Counted from the stretch's first letter, positions 37,843 to 51,383 are shown. The stretch: 64,000 bases of DNA from Streptosporangiaceae bacterium (GCA_036501205.1 DASYAT010000066.1:42745-106744); one strand, 5' to 3'. The notes: generated by a model not told the origin, from the sequence alone. Numbers and translations: made by a program.

Positions 37843-38112
37843 TCAGGTGGTCGGGATTTCCGTCGCCTCAGCGCTCAGCATGCCCTCGCTGATTTCGCGC
37901 AGCGCGATCGACAGCGGCTTCTCCTGCACGCGGGTCTCGACCAGCGGGCCAACGTACTCAAGCAGGCCCTCACCGAGCTGCGCGTAGTACGCGTTGATCT
38001 GCCTGGCCCGCTTCGAAGCCATGATCACCAGACCGTACTTGCTGTCCACCACGTCGAGCAGCTCGTCGATCGGCGGGTTGATGATTCCCTCGAGCCCCGG
38101 AGTACCTGCCAC
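37843..38112 (-). CDS. rpoZ: DNA-directed RNA polymerase subunit omega
   Basis: ..[47 protein letters not shown].. is very close to actinomycete RpoZ. Confidence 0.95.
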   Translation of the reverse strand: MAGTPGLEGIINPPIDELLDVVDSKYGLVIMASKRARQINAYYAQLGEGLLEYVGPLVETRVQEKPLSIALREISEGMLSAEATEIPTT

Positions 38113-38924
38113 CGTCTACCCTTCTGATTGCTTGCCCAGTGTCTGTTGCAAACACTGCGCCTGTTGCGGCACCGCTGGTTGCCCGCTAGCGCATGTTCGC
38201 GGCGCCAGCAACCGCATGCCGGTAACCTGACCGGCTGGGCCGTCAACAAGGCTACCAGTTGCGCGCAGACGTCAAGGACCGATGTATTGACGAGCGTGAT
38301 ATCGAACTCGTGCTCGGCCTGCAACTCGTCCTTAGCGGCCTCGAGCCGCTTGCTGATTACGTCCGCCGATTCAGTTCCGCGCTCGGTAAGCCGGCGCACT
38401 AGTTCGTCCCAAGAAGGCGGCGCGAGAAAAACCAGCAATGCGCCGGGCACGGCGGCGCGAACTTGCCTGGCGCCCACGACATCAACTTCAAGCAGACTCG
38501 GCAAGCCGACCGCGAGTCGTTCCGCTACTGGCGCTTTAGGCGTCCCGTAGAAATTGCCGGCATAATGCGCCCATTCGAGCAACTGGCCTTCGTCGGCCAT
38601 TTGCTTGAATTCGTCTTCGCTGACAAAGAAATACTCTCGGCCGTGAACCTCGCCGGGGCGCGGCGCACGCGTCGTAACCGAGATTGAAAGCCAAACTTCC
38701 GGATTGCGCCGCCTGATTGTCTCGACCACCGTGCTTTTGCCAACCGCTGATGGTCCAGAGAGCACGGTAAGCCGGGTAGAAGCAGGCCGGACTAGACCAC
38801 CAGCACCGCCCCTACGGGCGCTCTGAACAGGCCCGGTGCCATTACCTGACGTCTTCGCTGAAGCGGGGCGCGCGGGGACGAAGTCACCACTCTCCGTTTC
38901 TGGCCGAGGTGTCGGATCAGTCAC
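38025..38924 (-). CDS. gmk: guanylate kinase (ORF carries an atypical ~65-aa C-terminal extension overlapping rpoZ)
   Basis: ..[15 protein letters not shown].. P-loop and a GMP-binding core. After ..[13 protein letters not shown] the frame continues with no stop for ~200 nt, giving a Cys/Arg/Trp-rich tail, and ends 88 nt inside rpoZ. Confidence 0.85.
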   Translation of the reverse strand: MTDPTPRPETESGDFVPARPASAKTSGNGTGPVQSARRGGAGGLVRPASTRLTVLSGPSAVGKSTVVETIRRRNPEVWLSISVTTRAPRPGEVHGREYFFVSEDEFKQMADEGQLLEWAHYAGNFYGTPKAPVAERLAVGLPSLLEVDVVGARQVRAAVPGALLVFLAPPSWDELVRRLTERGTESADVISKRLEAAKDELQAEHEFDITLVNTSVLDVCAQLVALLTAQPVRLPACGCWRREHALAGNQRCRNRRSVCNRHWASNQKGRRWQVLRGSRESSTRRSTSCSTWWTASTVW

Positions 38925-38970
38925 GAAGGTGCTTCCCCCGTCCCCGCGCGTTAGCGCCTGCCGTCAGGAG

Positions 38971-39288
38971 TCAAACCCCACGGAACTCGTTCTCGAGCGC
39001 CATCCGCTGGTTAGCGCCGAGTCCGCGAACGCGCCGCGACTCTGCGATGCCGAGCCGCTCCATGATCTGCTTGGCGCGGACCTTACCGACGCCGGGCATC
39101 GACTCAAGCAGAGCGGACACCTTCATCTTGCCAACAACATCATCAGTCTGGCCCTCTTTGAGGACTTCAGGCAAGGATGTTGACGCGTGCTTGAGCCTGT
39201 TCTTGATCTCTGCACGCTCCTTGCGAGCCTTAGCCGCCTTCTCGAGAGCGGCCGCCCTCTGCTCAGGGGTCAGGGGAGGAAGAGCCAC
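38971..39288 (-). CDS. mihF: integration host factor, actinobacterial type (mIHF/sIHF)
   Basis: MALPPLTPEQRAAALEKAAKARKERAEIKNRLK...VSALLESMPGVGKVRAKQIMERLGIAESRRVRGLG.. is highly characteristic. Confidence 0.95.
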   Translation of the reverse strand: MALPPLTPEQRAAALEKAAKARKERAEIKNRLKHASTSLPEVLKEGQTDDVVGKMKVSALLESMPGVGKVRAKQIMERLGIAESRRVRGLGANQRMALENEFRGV

Positions 39289-40340
39289 GCGTGGTCACCT
39301 CGGGTTTCGTATCGAAAAACTCTGTTCGCGAGGGGAAACTAGCGAGTTCGGACGGCCACGACAACACAAACCCCCGTTTGGCACGTCACAATTTATCCAG
39401 TATTACCTAGCGAACACGTGCGGGTACTTACCGTAAGTTTTCTATGGTTAGCCGCCTTGCGAAAATGATCACCGTCGCACCATCAGCCACACTTCCGAAT
39501 CTAGCCCCGTAAGCCCCAATTGCCCCCTTAGTAACATTAGCACCGCGTCGCAGGTAGGCGCCTTGGAGCCGCCGCGCGGCCAGTCACGCGGGCGCGGCCC
39601 TCGCGGGCGCCTGCAGCCGGACTCCGCCAAGGATCCCAGTGACGCCCCCGGGAGGTACCCAAGTTGCGTCCTGAGGTCCCGGCGCGGCGCCTCGCGGGCG
39701 GGCCGTCCTGGCGTCCTGGAGGCGTTCGGCTGGGGCGCCAGGGAGGTCCGCCAGGCAGCGACGGCGGCCGGGTTGCTGCGGCGGATTCACAGCCGTCCCT
39801 CGCCGTTGCCGCCCGCAGTTCCCGCGCCGTCGTCACTTTCCGGACACGAGCTACAACGGCTAAGGGCCAGCGCCGCCACCCCTGCGGCTGCCGGGGGTCA
39901 GCGCCGCTACGACGACCCGGCGGGCGGCAACCGCTGCGGGCCAGCGTCGCGGTGCGGGCTGGCGCACTATGCCGGTTGACCGGCCCCGCCGCGGCGGATC
40001 ACGGCTGCGACGGCCTCTTTCGGTCGCCGATGAGACAGCGAGTTCTTGATTCAGTATCGCGGCGGCAGGCCTGGACAGCCGAGATGCAGCGTTTGCCCAG
40101 GTACGTCAATGGGAGGGGTGAAATCAGTGCCGCTTATTTCATCGCAAACTGCGTCTTGATGACCAATCGAGGCCGACCGAAGCCGACCAGTTGCCCGAGC
40201 AGGGCCAGGTTAGCCGCGTTCAGCGGCACGAGCGGATGCGCCGGCCGCCGGTCGCGGCGCCACTTCTCCCCGGCGCGCTACGGGCATCAAAGATCTGATC
40301 GCGGACACAACTTCAGTCACACGAGTCACACAGATTCAGG

Positions 40341-40476
40341 TGAATGTGCGTATTCATCTGACCGCCGAAGCAGGCCCCAAACAATGAATGCGCATATTCA
40401 CCGCCCTGAAATCCAGGTGAATCCGCATATTCACCTGATCGCCATCCCAGACCAGCCCGATGAATGCGCACATTCA
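40341..40476. promoter_or_regulatory. array of four TGAAT-N6-ATTCA palindromes (operator-like)
   Basis: Sites are at 40341-40356, 40385-40400, 40418-40433 and 40461-40476. The third extends to the perfect AGGTGAAT-N6-ATTCACCT. Start-to-start spacings are 44, 33 and 43 nt. Confidence 0.5.
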
Positions 40477-40613
40477 CCAGCTCGAATGGCCGCTTTCGCT
40501 CAGGAAATGGCGTCCGCGCAGGCCACGCGCATCCCGACGGCCGCCAGCAACCGACAGCGAAGCCCAGCTAGCCGCCAATCCGCAACCGCCAACCCGCAGG
40601 CGGGCGGGCACCG

Positions 40614-41420
40614 TCATCGGGGCTGGCGCGCTGGTTCCGGCGGGATCTTCCTGATGACGAACATGGGGTACCTGGCTAGCGGCAGGAGGCGGCGCGGGAG
40701 CACTGACTCCGCCCACGACACGAGTAACAAGACCGCCTTGCCGAGGATGTTGTCCGGAATGGCGACTCTGGTCACATCGTTCTCGAGTACGGCCCAGGTA
40801 CGCAGCTGCAGATCCATGTGCTCGCCTGAGACCCGCTGGAGCTCGGCGCAGTCGAGGGGCGTGTAGGGCAGCTCAGGCCGGTCAGGGACGATCGCCTTGC
40901 TGCTTCGGCGCGCGCGCAGGCGCTCGGTGAGCCGGAACAGCGGAGCTGACTGGCGGGTGTAGACGACAAATCCGGCACCGCCATCGGCGAGCACCCGGTG
41001 GATCTCGGCCATGGCGCGGAACTGCCGGCGCCGCGGCAGGTGATACAGGACATGAGCGCAGTGAACGCGAGTGATGGAACCTGACCTGAACGGCAGCATG
41101 GAGGCGTCAGCCTGGATATAAGCCGACGTGGTGCCGAGGGCGGAGCGGGCACCTTGCAGCGCCGCTGCCGTGACGTCAATGCAGACCCGGCGCGAACCAG
41201 AGTCTGGCACCCGAATCGGGTTACCGCCGCAGCCGACGTCAAGCAGCGTCCCCCCGGCCGCCGCTAGCTGCCTGGCCACCCGGCGATCCCGGCGACGGTA
41301 GTACCCGCGCATGACCGGCCGAAGGTCAACGAAGTGCTCCGCGTCACGGTAGCTGCCTGAGGAACCGACCTGCCACCCGTAAGTCTCGTAGAACTCACGC
41401 ACTAACTCTTGCTCGCTCAC
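40614..41420 (-). CDS. class I SAM-dependent methyltransferase
   Basis: The LLDVGCGGNP motif I and downstream motifs are present. The start was chosen at GTG 41420 (MSEQELVREFYE), 9 nt after GGGAGG; the track start is 41507. Confidence 0.75.
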   Translation of the reverse strand: MSEQELVREFYETYGWQVGSSGSYRDAEHFVDLRPVMRGYYRRRDRRVARQLAAAGGTLLDVGCGGNPIRVPDSGSRRVCIDVTAAALQGARSALGTTSAYIQADASMLPFRSGSITRVHCAHVLYHLPRRRQFRAMAEIHRVLADGGAGFVVYTRQSAPLFRLTERLRARRSSKAIVPDRPELPYTPLDCAELQRVSGEHMDLQLRTWAVLENDVTRVAIPDNILGKAVLLLVSWAESVLPRRLLPLARYPMFVIRKIPPEPARQPR

Positions 41421-41718
41421 GACCCGCACCCTCCCTGACCGATGGCGGCGACGCCCAGGCAGCCGACCTCCCAATTTGATATTCGCATCAGGACAAGCCG
41501 TCAGCAATGACGCGGCCGGACCCCGCGGAAGCGGATACGCGGAACGCCGGCCTGCAGTACGCCGACCAGCGAGGACTGGGGCAGGCGCGGGGGGCGTTGG
41601 GCGCTAGCTCCAGTTGGCGTCGGCCTCGCGGACGACGACGCCGACGACATCAGCCAGTCATACTCGTAGGTGAAGGACGCGATCAGAACAGCTGCGGGAA
41701 ATCTCAGACTCGGCCGAA

Positions 41719-42342
41719 TTGCGGGCCCAGCTCCAGCACGTGCACTGGATCGGCGGCGGCAGTGGCGGTGGTAAGTCGACGATCGCCCGACGGCTGGCGG
41801 AGGCACACAGCCTGACCGTCTACTCGACCGACGCGGTGATGTCAGACCACGCCAGCCGGAGCACGGCGCAGGACGCACCGTACCTGAGCGAGTTCAAGAC
41901 CATGACGATGGACGAGCGGTGGGTGACCCGGTCCCCGCGGACCATGCTGGACACCTTCCACTGGTTCAGGGGCGAGGGTTTCGAGCTGATCGTCGAGGAC
42001 CTGCTGCGGCTGCCGGCCAAGCCAGGCGTGATCGTCGACGGCTTCAGGCTGCTGCCGCACCTGGTGAATCCGCTCCTGAGAGATTCAGGACAGGCCGTCT
42101 GGCTACTGCCCACACCAGAGTTCAGGTTCGCGGCGTTCGGCAGCCGCGGATCTCTCTGGGAGATCGCCAGGAAGACAACCGACCCCGAGACCGCACAGCG
42201 CAACTTGCTCGAGCGCGACGCGATGTTCACCGATCGGCTCAGCGGGGAAACCAAGCGTCTTGGCCTGCCAGCGATCGAGGTTCGTCTCGGAATTACCGAA
42301 GATGAGCTGGCCGACCGCGTAGCTGACATCTTCCGGCTATGA
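41719..42342 (+). CDS. P-loop NTPase / nucleotide-kinase-like protein (hypothetical)
   Basis: Walker A GGSGGGKST lies near the N-terminus. The size (~200 aa) fits small kinase-fold proteins. The GTG at 41740 may be the true start. Confidence 0.6.
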   Translation: MRAQLQHVHWIGGGSGGGKSTIARRLAEAHSLTVYSTDAVMSDHASRSTAQDAPYLSEFKTMTMDERWVTRSPRTMLDTFHWFRGEGFELIVEDLLRLPAKPGVIVDGFRLLPHLVNPLLRDSGQAVWLLPTPEFRFAAFGSRGSLWEIARKTTDPETAQRNLLERDAMFTDRLSGETKRLGLPAIEVRLGITEDELADRVADIFRL

Positions 42343-42485
42343 CCGAACCACGGGACTCCGCCGAGCTCAAGCTGTGCGGCATCTGGCGGTCTGCGTTCCC
42401 CCGAGGTTGGCGATGAAATGTCCCGATTGGGCGGTCAGGAGACGTGGGCCTGGCAGCGCAGTGACGCCCGGCCAGCCGCCCGGGC

Positions 42486-42705
42486 ACTTTGTCACCGGCT
42501 AGACGCGACCTCTCATCGGTTGGAGCGGACTTCTCATCGGTTGTCGGCCACTTCCCATCGGTTAGACCGAAAACTTATCCGATATGCGGCATTTGCAACC
42601 GGGGTAATCATAGGGAAGTGCTCGCAACCGATGAGAAGTGGCGTCTAACCGATGAGAAGTGGGCTGGCGGGACCGCCGCAAACCCGGCGAAACACCCATC
42701 GGCCC
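42486..42705. repeat. iteron/inverted-repeat element, copy A
   Basis: Direct 21-nt units ACTTC(T/C)CATCGGTT.. are at 42486, 42508, 42529 and 42550. Inverted units (C/T)AACCGATGAGAAGT are at 42625 and 42646, plus a degenerate one at 42604. The core is ttatccgatatgcggcatttgcaaccggggtaatcat. Copy B is at 59008-59245. Confidence 0.8.
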
Positions 42706-42851
42706 GGGCATCCCACCCGGCCCGCCAGGCCACCGCACCCACCCCGTCCAGCCAGGCCACCGCCCAGAGCGGCCTGGCGGGCTGAAACACCTCTGCGGCG
42801 ACGTGGGCTGGGTTACATCACCCCAGCCGGAACGGACGCGGGCGGTGGCTG

Positions 42852-43568
42852 CTAGCTCGGGTTGGCTTGGCGGCGGAGGTCGGCGCCTAGGGCGGCGGCG
42901 GCGGCGCCGGGGTCGGCCGCGCCGGTGATCGGGCGGCCTATGACCAGGAGGTCGGCGCCGGCGCGGAGAGCTGCTTGCGGGGACGCGACTCTGGCCTGAT
43001 CGTTGTTGTCCTGGCCGACCGGGCGGATTCCGGGCGTGACCAGCGTGATGTCAGGACCGACTTCGGCCCGGACAGCGGCTACCTCCCTGGGAGAGCAGAC
43101 CAGGCCGCGAGCGCCGGCCTGCACGGCGAGCGTCGCCAGGCGGCAGGCCGCGTCGCTGACCGGGCCGGCCAGGCCGATCTCGTCCAGGTCAGCGTCGCAG
43201 AGCGAGGTGAGCACGGTCACCCCGATGATCTTGGTATCGGGCAGGGCCCGGACCGCCGCTGCGATCGCGGCCTGGCCGGCCGCCGCGTGGACGGTCAGCA
43301 GGTCTGGGCGGAGCTTGGCCACCGAGCGAGCGGCGCCGCCGACCGTTGCGGGGATGTCGTGCAGTTTCAGGTCCAGGAAGACGTCCACGCCTCGAGCGCC
43401 GCGCACCGAGGCGACCACGTCCGGGCCGTAACGCAGGTAGAGCTCCAGGCCGATCTTGAGCGTGCTGACGTGCGGGGTGACCAGGGCAGCCCATTCGGCC
43501 GCGGTGTCGAGATCAGGTGCGTCGAGCGCGACGGCGATCGGGGCGCGGCCTGTCATGTTTGGCTCCAT
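42852..43568 (-). CDS. pyrF: orotidine 5'-phosphate decarboxylase
   Basis: ..IAVALD..LKIGLEL..VFLDLKLHDIP.. is canonical. Confidence 0.93.
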   Translation of the reverse strand: MEPNMTGRAPIAVALDAPDLDTAAEWAALVTPHVSTLKIGLELYLRYGPDVVASVRGARGVDVFLDLKLHDIPATVGGAARSVAKLRPDLLTVHAAAGQAAIAAAVRALPDTKIIGVTVLTSLCDADLDEIGLAGPVSDAACRLATLAVQAGARGLVCSPREVAAVRAEVGPDITLVTPGIRPVGQDNNDQARVASPQAALRAGADLLVIGRPITGAADPGAAAAALGADLRRQANPS

Positions 43569-43592
43569 CCCTCAGTGCTCCCTCCGGCTCTG

Positions 43593-44564
43593 TCATAGCT
43601 CCCTCCGGATGGCATCTCTTCGCAGGCCAGCAGAGCCGCGGAGGTCGTGCGCCGCGCCGATCACTTCGCTCACTCGCCCGATGCCGTGCTTGAGCAGCTC
43701 GTCGTCGAGTTCGCGCAAGATCCTGGCGCAGGCTGAAGGGTCGTGGAAGAGCGCCGTGCCCACGGCAATCATCGACGCCCCGGCGAGCATCAGCTCAAGA
43801 GCGTCCCGGCCGGTCAGCACGCCGCCCATGCCGATGATCGGCACATCGGGCAGCGCGGCCCTGACCTGGTAGATGCACCGGACCGCGACCGGCCTGATCG
43901 CCGGACCGGAAAGGCCGCCGGTCAGGCCGGCGAGCACCGGCCGCATCGTGCCGGTATCGATCACCATGCCGAGCATCGTGTTGATCATCGAAAGCCCGTC
44001 CGCGCCTGCTGACACGCACGCGCGGGCGATCGCCACGATATCGGTGACGTCGGGCGAGAGCTTGGCGAAGACCGGCAGGTCGTGCCGGGTCCTGGCGCGC
44101 ACCGCCTCGATCACCGCGGCCGCGTCAACCGGGTCGCAGGCGAACACCTGGCCGCGATGCTCTACGTTCGGGCAGGAGATATTCACCTCGACCGCGGTCA
44201 CCCCGGCCGCGTCGGACAGCCGGGCGGCCAACTCGGCGTACTCATCGACCGTGCTGCCCGCGATCGACACCACGGCTCTGGCCCCTCGCGACAGCAGCCA
44301 GGGCAGGTCGCGCTGCAGGAACGAGTCGATGCCGGGCCCCTGCAGGCCGATGGAGTTCAGCATCCCGCTGCTGGTCTCGGCCATTCTCGGGGTCGGCCGG
44401 CCGGCCCGCGGCGCGAGCATGACCGACTTGGTCACGATCGCGCCGATCTTGGAAACGTCGATGAACTGAGCCAGTTCCCGGCCCGAGCTAGCGCAGCCGG
44501 AGGCGGTCATGATCGGGTTCGGCAGCTCGGTGTTCCCGAGCCGCACCCGCAGGTCAGGCGCCAT
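43593..44564 (-). CDS. pyrD: dihydroorotate dehydrogenase, class 1B catalytic subunit
   Basis: ..NPIMTASGC..GAIVTKS..NSIGLQGPG..VNISCPN.. has the Cys active site of class 1 enzymes. Confidence 0.9.
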   Translation of the reverse strand: MAPDLRVRLGNTELPNPIMTASGCASSGRELAQFIDVSKIGAIVTKSVMLAPRAGRPTPRMAETSSGMLNSIGLQGPGIDSFLQRDLPWLLSRGARAVVSIAGSTVDEYAELAARLSDAAGVTAVEVNISCPNVEHRGQVFACDPVDAAAVIEAVRARTRHDLPVFAKLSPDVTDIVAIARACVSAGADGLSMINTMLGMVIDTGTMRPVLAGLTGGLSGPAIRPVAVRCIYQVRAALPDVPIIGMGGVLTGRDALELMLAGASMIAVGTALFHDPSACARILRELDDELLKHGIGRVSEVIGAAHDLRGSAGLRRDAIRREL

Positions 44565-45557
44565 GGCTCGGCTTCTTCGCCGATTCCCTGGCGGCCGTTG
44601 GCCCCTGGGTGGCCGTTGACCCGCGGGAGGCCGGAGACCGGTCGGACCCGCCCGCCGCGCCCGCCGCTCCCGGCCCGCGCTTTACCTTCGGCTCCCAGCC
44701 GGGCGCACCGAACGCGTCGAACGGGATCGTGCCGACCTCATCCCACCTGACCTGCTCGCCGCGGAAAACCGGGCCGTCCACGCAGGACCTGACCATCCTG
44801 GTGATGCCGTCCGAGCCGACCACCGGCAGCACGCAGGTCATGCAGACGCCGATCCCGCAGGCCATCGCCTCTTCGACGGCAACTTGCACAGGCAGGTCAT
44901 AGCGGCGGGCCAGCGCGGTCACCTGGCGCAGCATCGGCATCGGGCCGCAGGCGTAGATGACATCGGTGCGTGCCTCGTGGATGACCTGGCCGAGCATGTC
45001 GGTCACGATGCCGCGCACTCCCAGCGAGCCGTCGACCGTGGTGATCGTCGCCGACCGGCCGGTACGGCGGGCCGTGAGCGCGCCGAATACCTTGTCGCCG
45101 CTGGCCGCTCCCAGCAGGAAGTCGACCGAGCAGCGGCGCTCGCGCAGCCGGTCGGCCAGTGCGAACAGGGCCGCGCTGCCATACCCGCCGCCGACCAGCA
45201 GGCAGCTCACCGGGTCTCTGGGCACCGGGAACGGGCGGCCGAGCGGTCCGGTCAGGTCAAGGACGTCCCTGGCCCGGCGCGCGGCCAGCCACCGGGTGCC
45301 GCGCCCGCCCGCCGAGAACACGAACTCGACCGTGCCGCCGTGGTCCGGCCGGACATCGTGGATCGAGAACGCTCGCCGCAGCAGCATCGAGGTGTCGGCC
45401 CCGCCCACGGCGATGGCCACGAACTGGCCTGGCTTGAACCGGGCCGCGATCCCCGGAGCGACGATCGTGATCGCGTGGTAAGCGTCGATCTGGCGGACCG
45501 TCAGCACTGTTCCGCGCACCTGCATCGGGCCTATCTCGGCCTCGGGCTGCCCCGCCG

Positions 45558-45561
<4 letters not shown>
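44554..45561 (-). CDS. pyrK: dihydroorotate dehydrogenase electron-transfer subunit
   Basis: FAD/NAD-binding fold plus the 2Fe-2S Cys cluster [11 protein letters not shown]...C. The C-terminal tail is Gly/Ala/Ser-rich and overlaps pyrD by 11 nt. Confidence 0.85.
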
Positions 45562-48922
<3,361 letters not shown>

Positions 48923-48923
<1 letters not shown>

Positions 48924-50053
48924 CAGGCAACTCGCTTCATCAGCGCGCAGAAGTCGGCGAACAGGCCGCAGGCGTCGTGCGGGCCTGGCGCGGCCTCCGG
49001 GTGGTACTGCACGGCGAACGCGGGCCAGTCGACCAGCGCCAGGCCCTCGACCACGTCGTCGTTCAGGTTGACGTGCGTGACCCGCGCCGGGCCGAAGTCG
49101 GTCTCGAACGCCCGGCCGGGGCCGGCCCCCGGCATCGCGATCGCGAACCCGTGGTTGTGACTGGTGATGTGCACCCGGCCGCTGCTGACCTCCTGGACTG
49201 GCTGATTCAGCCCTCGGTGACCGAACCGGAGCTTGTAGGTGCCGAGCCCGAGCGCCCGGCCCAGCACCTGGCTGCCCAGGCAGATCCCGAACAGCGGCAC
49301 CTTGGCCAAAAGGACGCCGCGCATCGATTCCACCGCGTAACCGCAGGCGGCCGGGTCGCCTGGCCCGTTGGAGAAGAACACGCCGTCGGGGTCGAGCGCC
49401 AGGATCTGCTCCGCGGTGCTCGCGGCCGGGAGCACGTGGACCTCGCAGCCCAGGCTCGCCATGGCCGCCGGGGTCGCCGCCTTGATGCCGAGGTCGACGG
49501 CCGCGACCCGGTACCTGACCGGCGTCCCAGAAGGCGGCCGCACGATATACGGTTCTGGCGTGCTGACCACGCTGGCCAGGTCGGCTCCGATCATGGACGG
49601 GCTGGCCTGGACGCGCTCAAGCAGTTCATCCTGGTGGGTGGTGGCCGTGCTGATCGCGGCCCGCATCGCGCCGCGTTCGCGCAGGTGCAAGGTGAGCGCC
49701 CGGGTGCCGGTGATCGCTATCGCGGTGATGCCGCTGGCCGCCAGCTCGGCGTCGAGCGTCCTGGCCGACCGCCAGTTCGACGCGATCGGTGATGGGTCCC
49801 TGATGACGAAGCCGCTGACCCAGATCGCCCGCGATTCGTTGTCCTCGTCGTTGATCCCGGTGTTGCCGATGTGCGGCGCGGTCATCGCGACGATCTGGCG
49901 GCAGTAGGACGGGTCGGTCAGCGTCTCCTGGTAGCCGGTCATGCCGGTGTTGAAGACCGCCTCACCGAACGTCTCGCCGTCGGCGCCGTAGCCGGTGCCC
50001 CCGAACGTGGTGCCATCCTCGAGTACGAGCAGCGCGGGCGGGCCGGGCGTCAT
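48923..50053 (-). CDS. carA: carbamoyl-phosphate synthase small (glutaminase) subunit
   Basis: ..GICLGSQ..HNHGF.. glutamine amidotransferase triad region. Adjacent to carB. Confidence 0.96.
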
Positions 50054-51383
50054 CGGGCCAGCCTGCCGTCGAGCACGGTCGGCTCGCCGCGCAGGAAGGT
50101 CGCGACCACCCGGCCGGGAAGTTTCATCCCGGCGAACGGCGAGTTCTTGCTGCGCGAGACGTGGCTGGCCGTATCGACCGCGCCGACCGGCGCCGGATCG
50201 TAGAGCACCAGGTTCGCCGGCGAGCCGGCCGCCAGCGGGCAGCCGTGCCGCAGCTCGGCCCGCGAGCTGGCGTCGAGCCGGCCGATCGCGGCCGGCCGCG
50301 CCGACATCCGGTCGGCGACACCTGCCCAGTCGAGCAGGCCGGTGCTGACCATCGCCTCATGTACGACCCGCAGCGCCGTTTCCAACCCGGTCATGCCGAA
50401 CGCCGCGATCGACCATTCGGTGTCCTTGGCCTCAGCCGGATGCGGGGCATGGTCGGTAGCCACGCAGTCGATCGTCCCGTCCGCGAGAGCCTCGCGCAGC
50501 GCGGCCACATCGGCGGCCGTGCGCAGCGGCGGGTTGACCTTGTAGACCGGGTCATAGCCGGTGGCGAGTTCGTCGGTCAGCAGCAGATGATGCGGGGTGA
50601 CCTCGGCGCTCACCCGCCAGCCCTTGGACTTGGCCCAGCGGATGATCTCGACCGAACCGGCCGTCGAGACGTGGCAGACGTGCAGCGCCGAGCCGACGTG
50701 CGCGGCGAGCAGGCAGTCCCTGGCCACGATCGCTTCCTCGGCGACCGCCGGCCAGCCGGCCAGGCCGAGCTTCGCCGAGATCTCGCCCTCGTTGACCTGA
50801 GCTCCTTCGGTGAGCCTGGGTTCCTGGGCGTGCTGGGCGATCACCCCGTCGAATGCCTTCACGTACTCAAGCGCCCGGCGCATGAGCGTCGCGTCGGCGA
50901 CGCAGTGCCCGTCGTCGGAGAAGATCCGGACGCCGGCGGCTGAGTCGGCCATCGCGCCGAGTTCGGCGAGCCGGGCGCCGGCCAGATTCGCGGTGACCGC
51001 GCCGACCGGCTGGACATCGCACCGGCCTGCTTCCCGGCCGAGCCGCCAGACCTGCTCCACGACGCCGGCCGTGTCGGCGACCGGATCGGTGTTGGCCATG
51101 GCGTGCACGACCGTGTATCCGCCCACGGCCGCGGCGGCGGTGCCGCTGGCGACGGTCTCGGCGTCCTCGCGGCCCGGCTCGCGCAGGTGAGTGTGCAGGT
51201 CGACCAGTCCGGGCAAGGCGATCAGCCCGTCCGCATCGAAGCGGCGCAGGCCGGCCGCCGCGCCTGAGCCCGAGCCGCCTGGCTCGGTCACCTTGGTGAT
51301 GGTCGAGCCGGTGATCAGCAGGTCAGCGGGTTCGCGGCCGAGCAGCCTGGCGCCAGCGATCAGCCAGCCCGTCCCCGCCCCGC

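Noticed and set aside
40341-40476. ARG boxes (ArgR) or CRP/GlxR sites.
   Set aside because: The ARG box consensus is TGAAT-N4-ATTCA with an AT-rich spacer, whereas here the spacer is 6 nt and GC-rich. CRP-type sites are TGTGA-N6-TCACA, which does not fit. No arginine or cAMP-related genes are adjacent.
39664-40866. 400-aa plus-strand ORF across the non-coding gap.
   Set aside because: It has Arg/Ser/Ala-rich, low-complexity composition, runs antisense into the methyltransferase gene, and has no recognisable domain or ribosome-binding site.
42625-42700. Hammerhead-ribozyme-like strings (CCGAUGAG ... CGAAAC) in the right arm of the iteron elements; the same strings occur at 59187-59240.
   Set aside because: The core has C where the invariant U4 of CUGAUGA is required, and the intervening sequence does not form a clean stem II. 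GATGAG is simply the reverse complement of the CTCATC iteron and occurs several times. I saw no cleavage-site or stem I/III arrangement.
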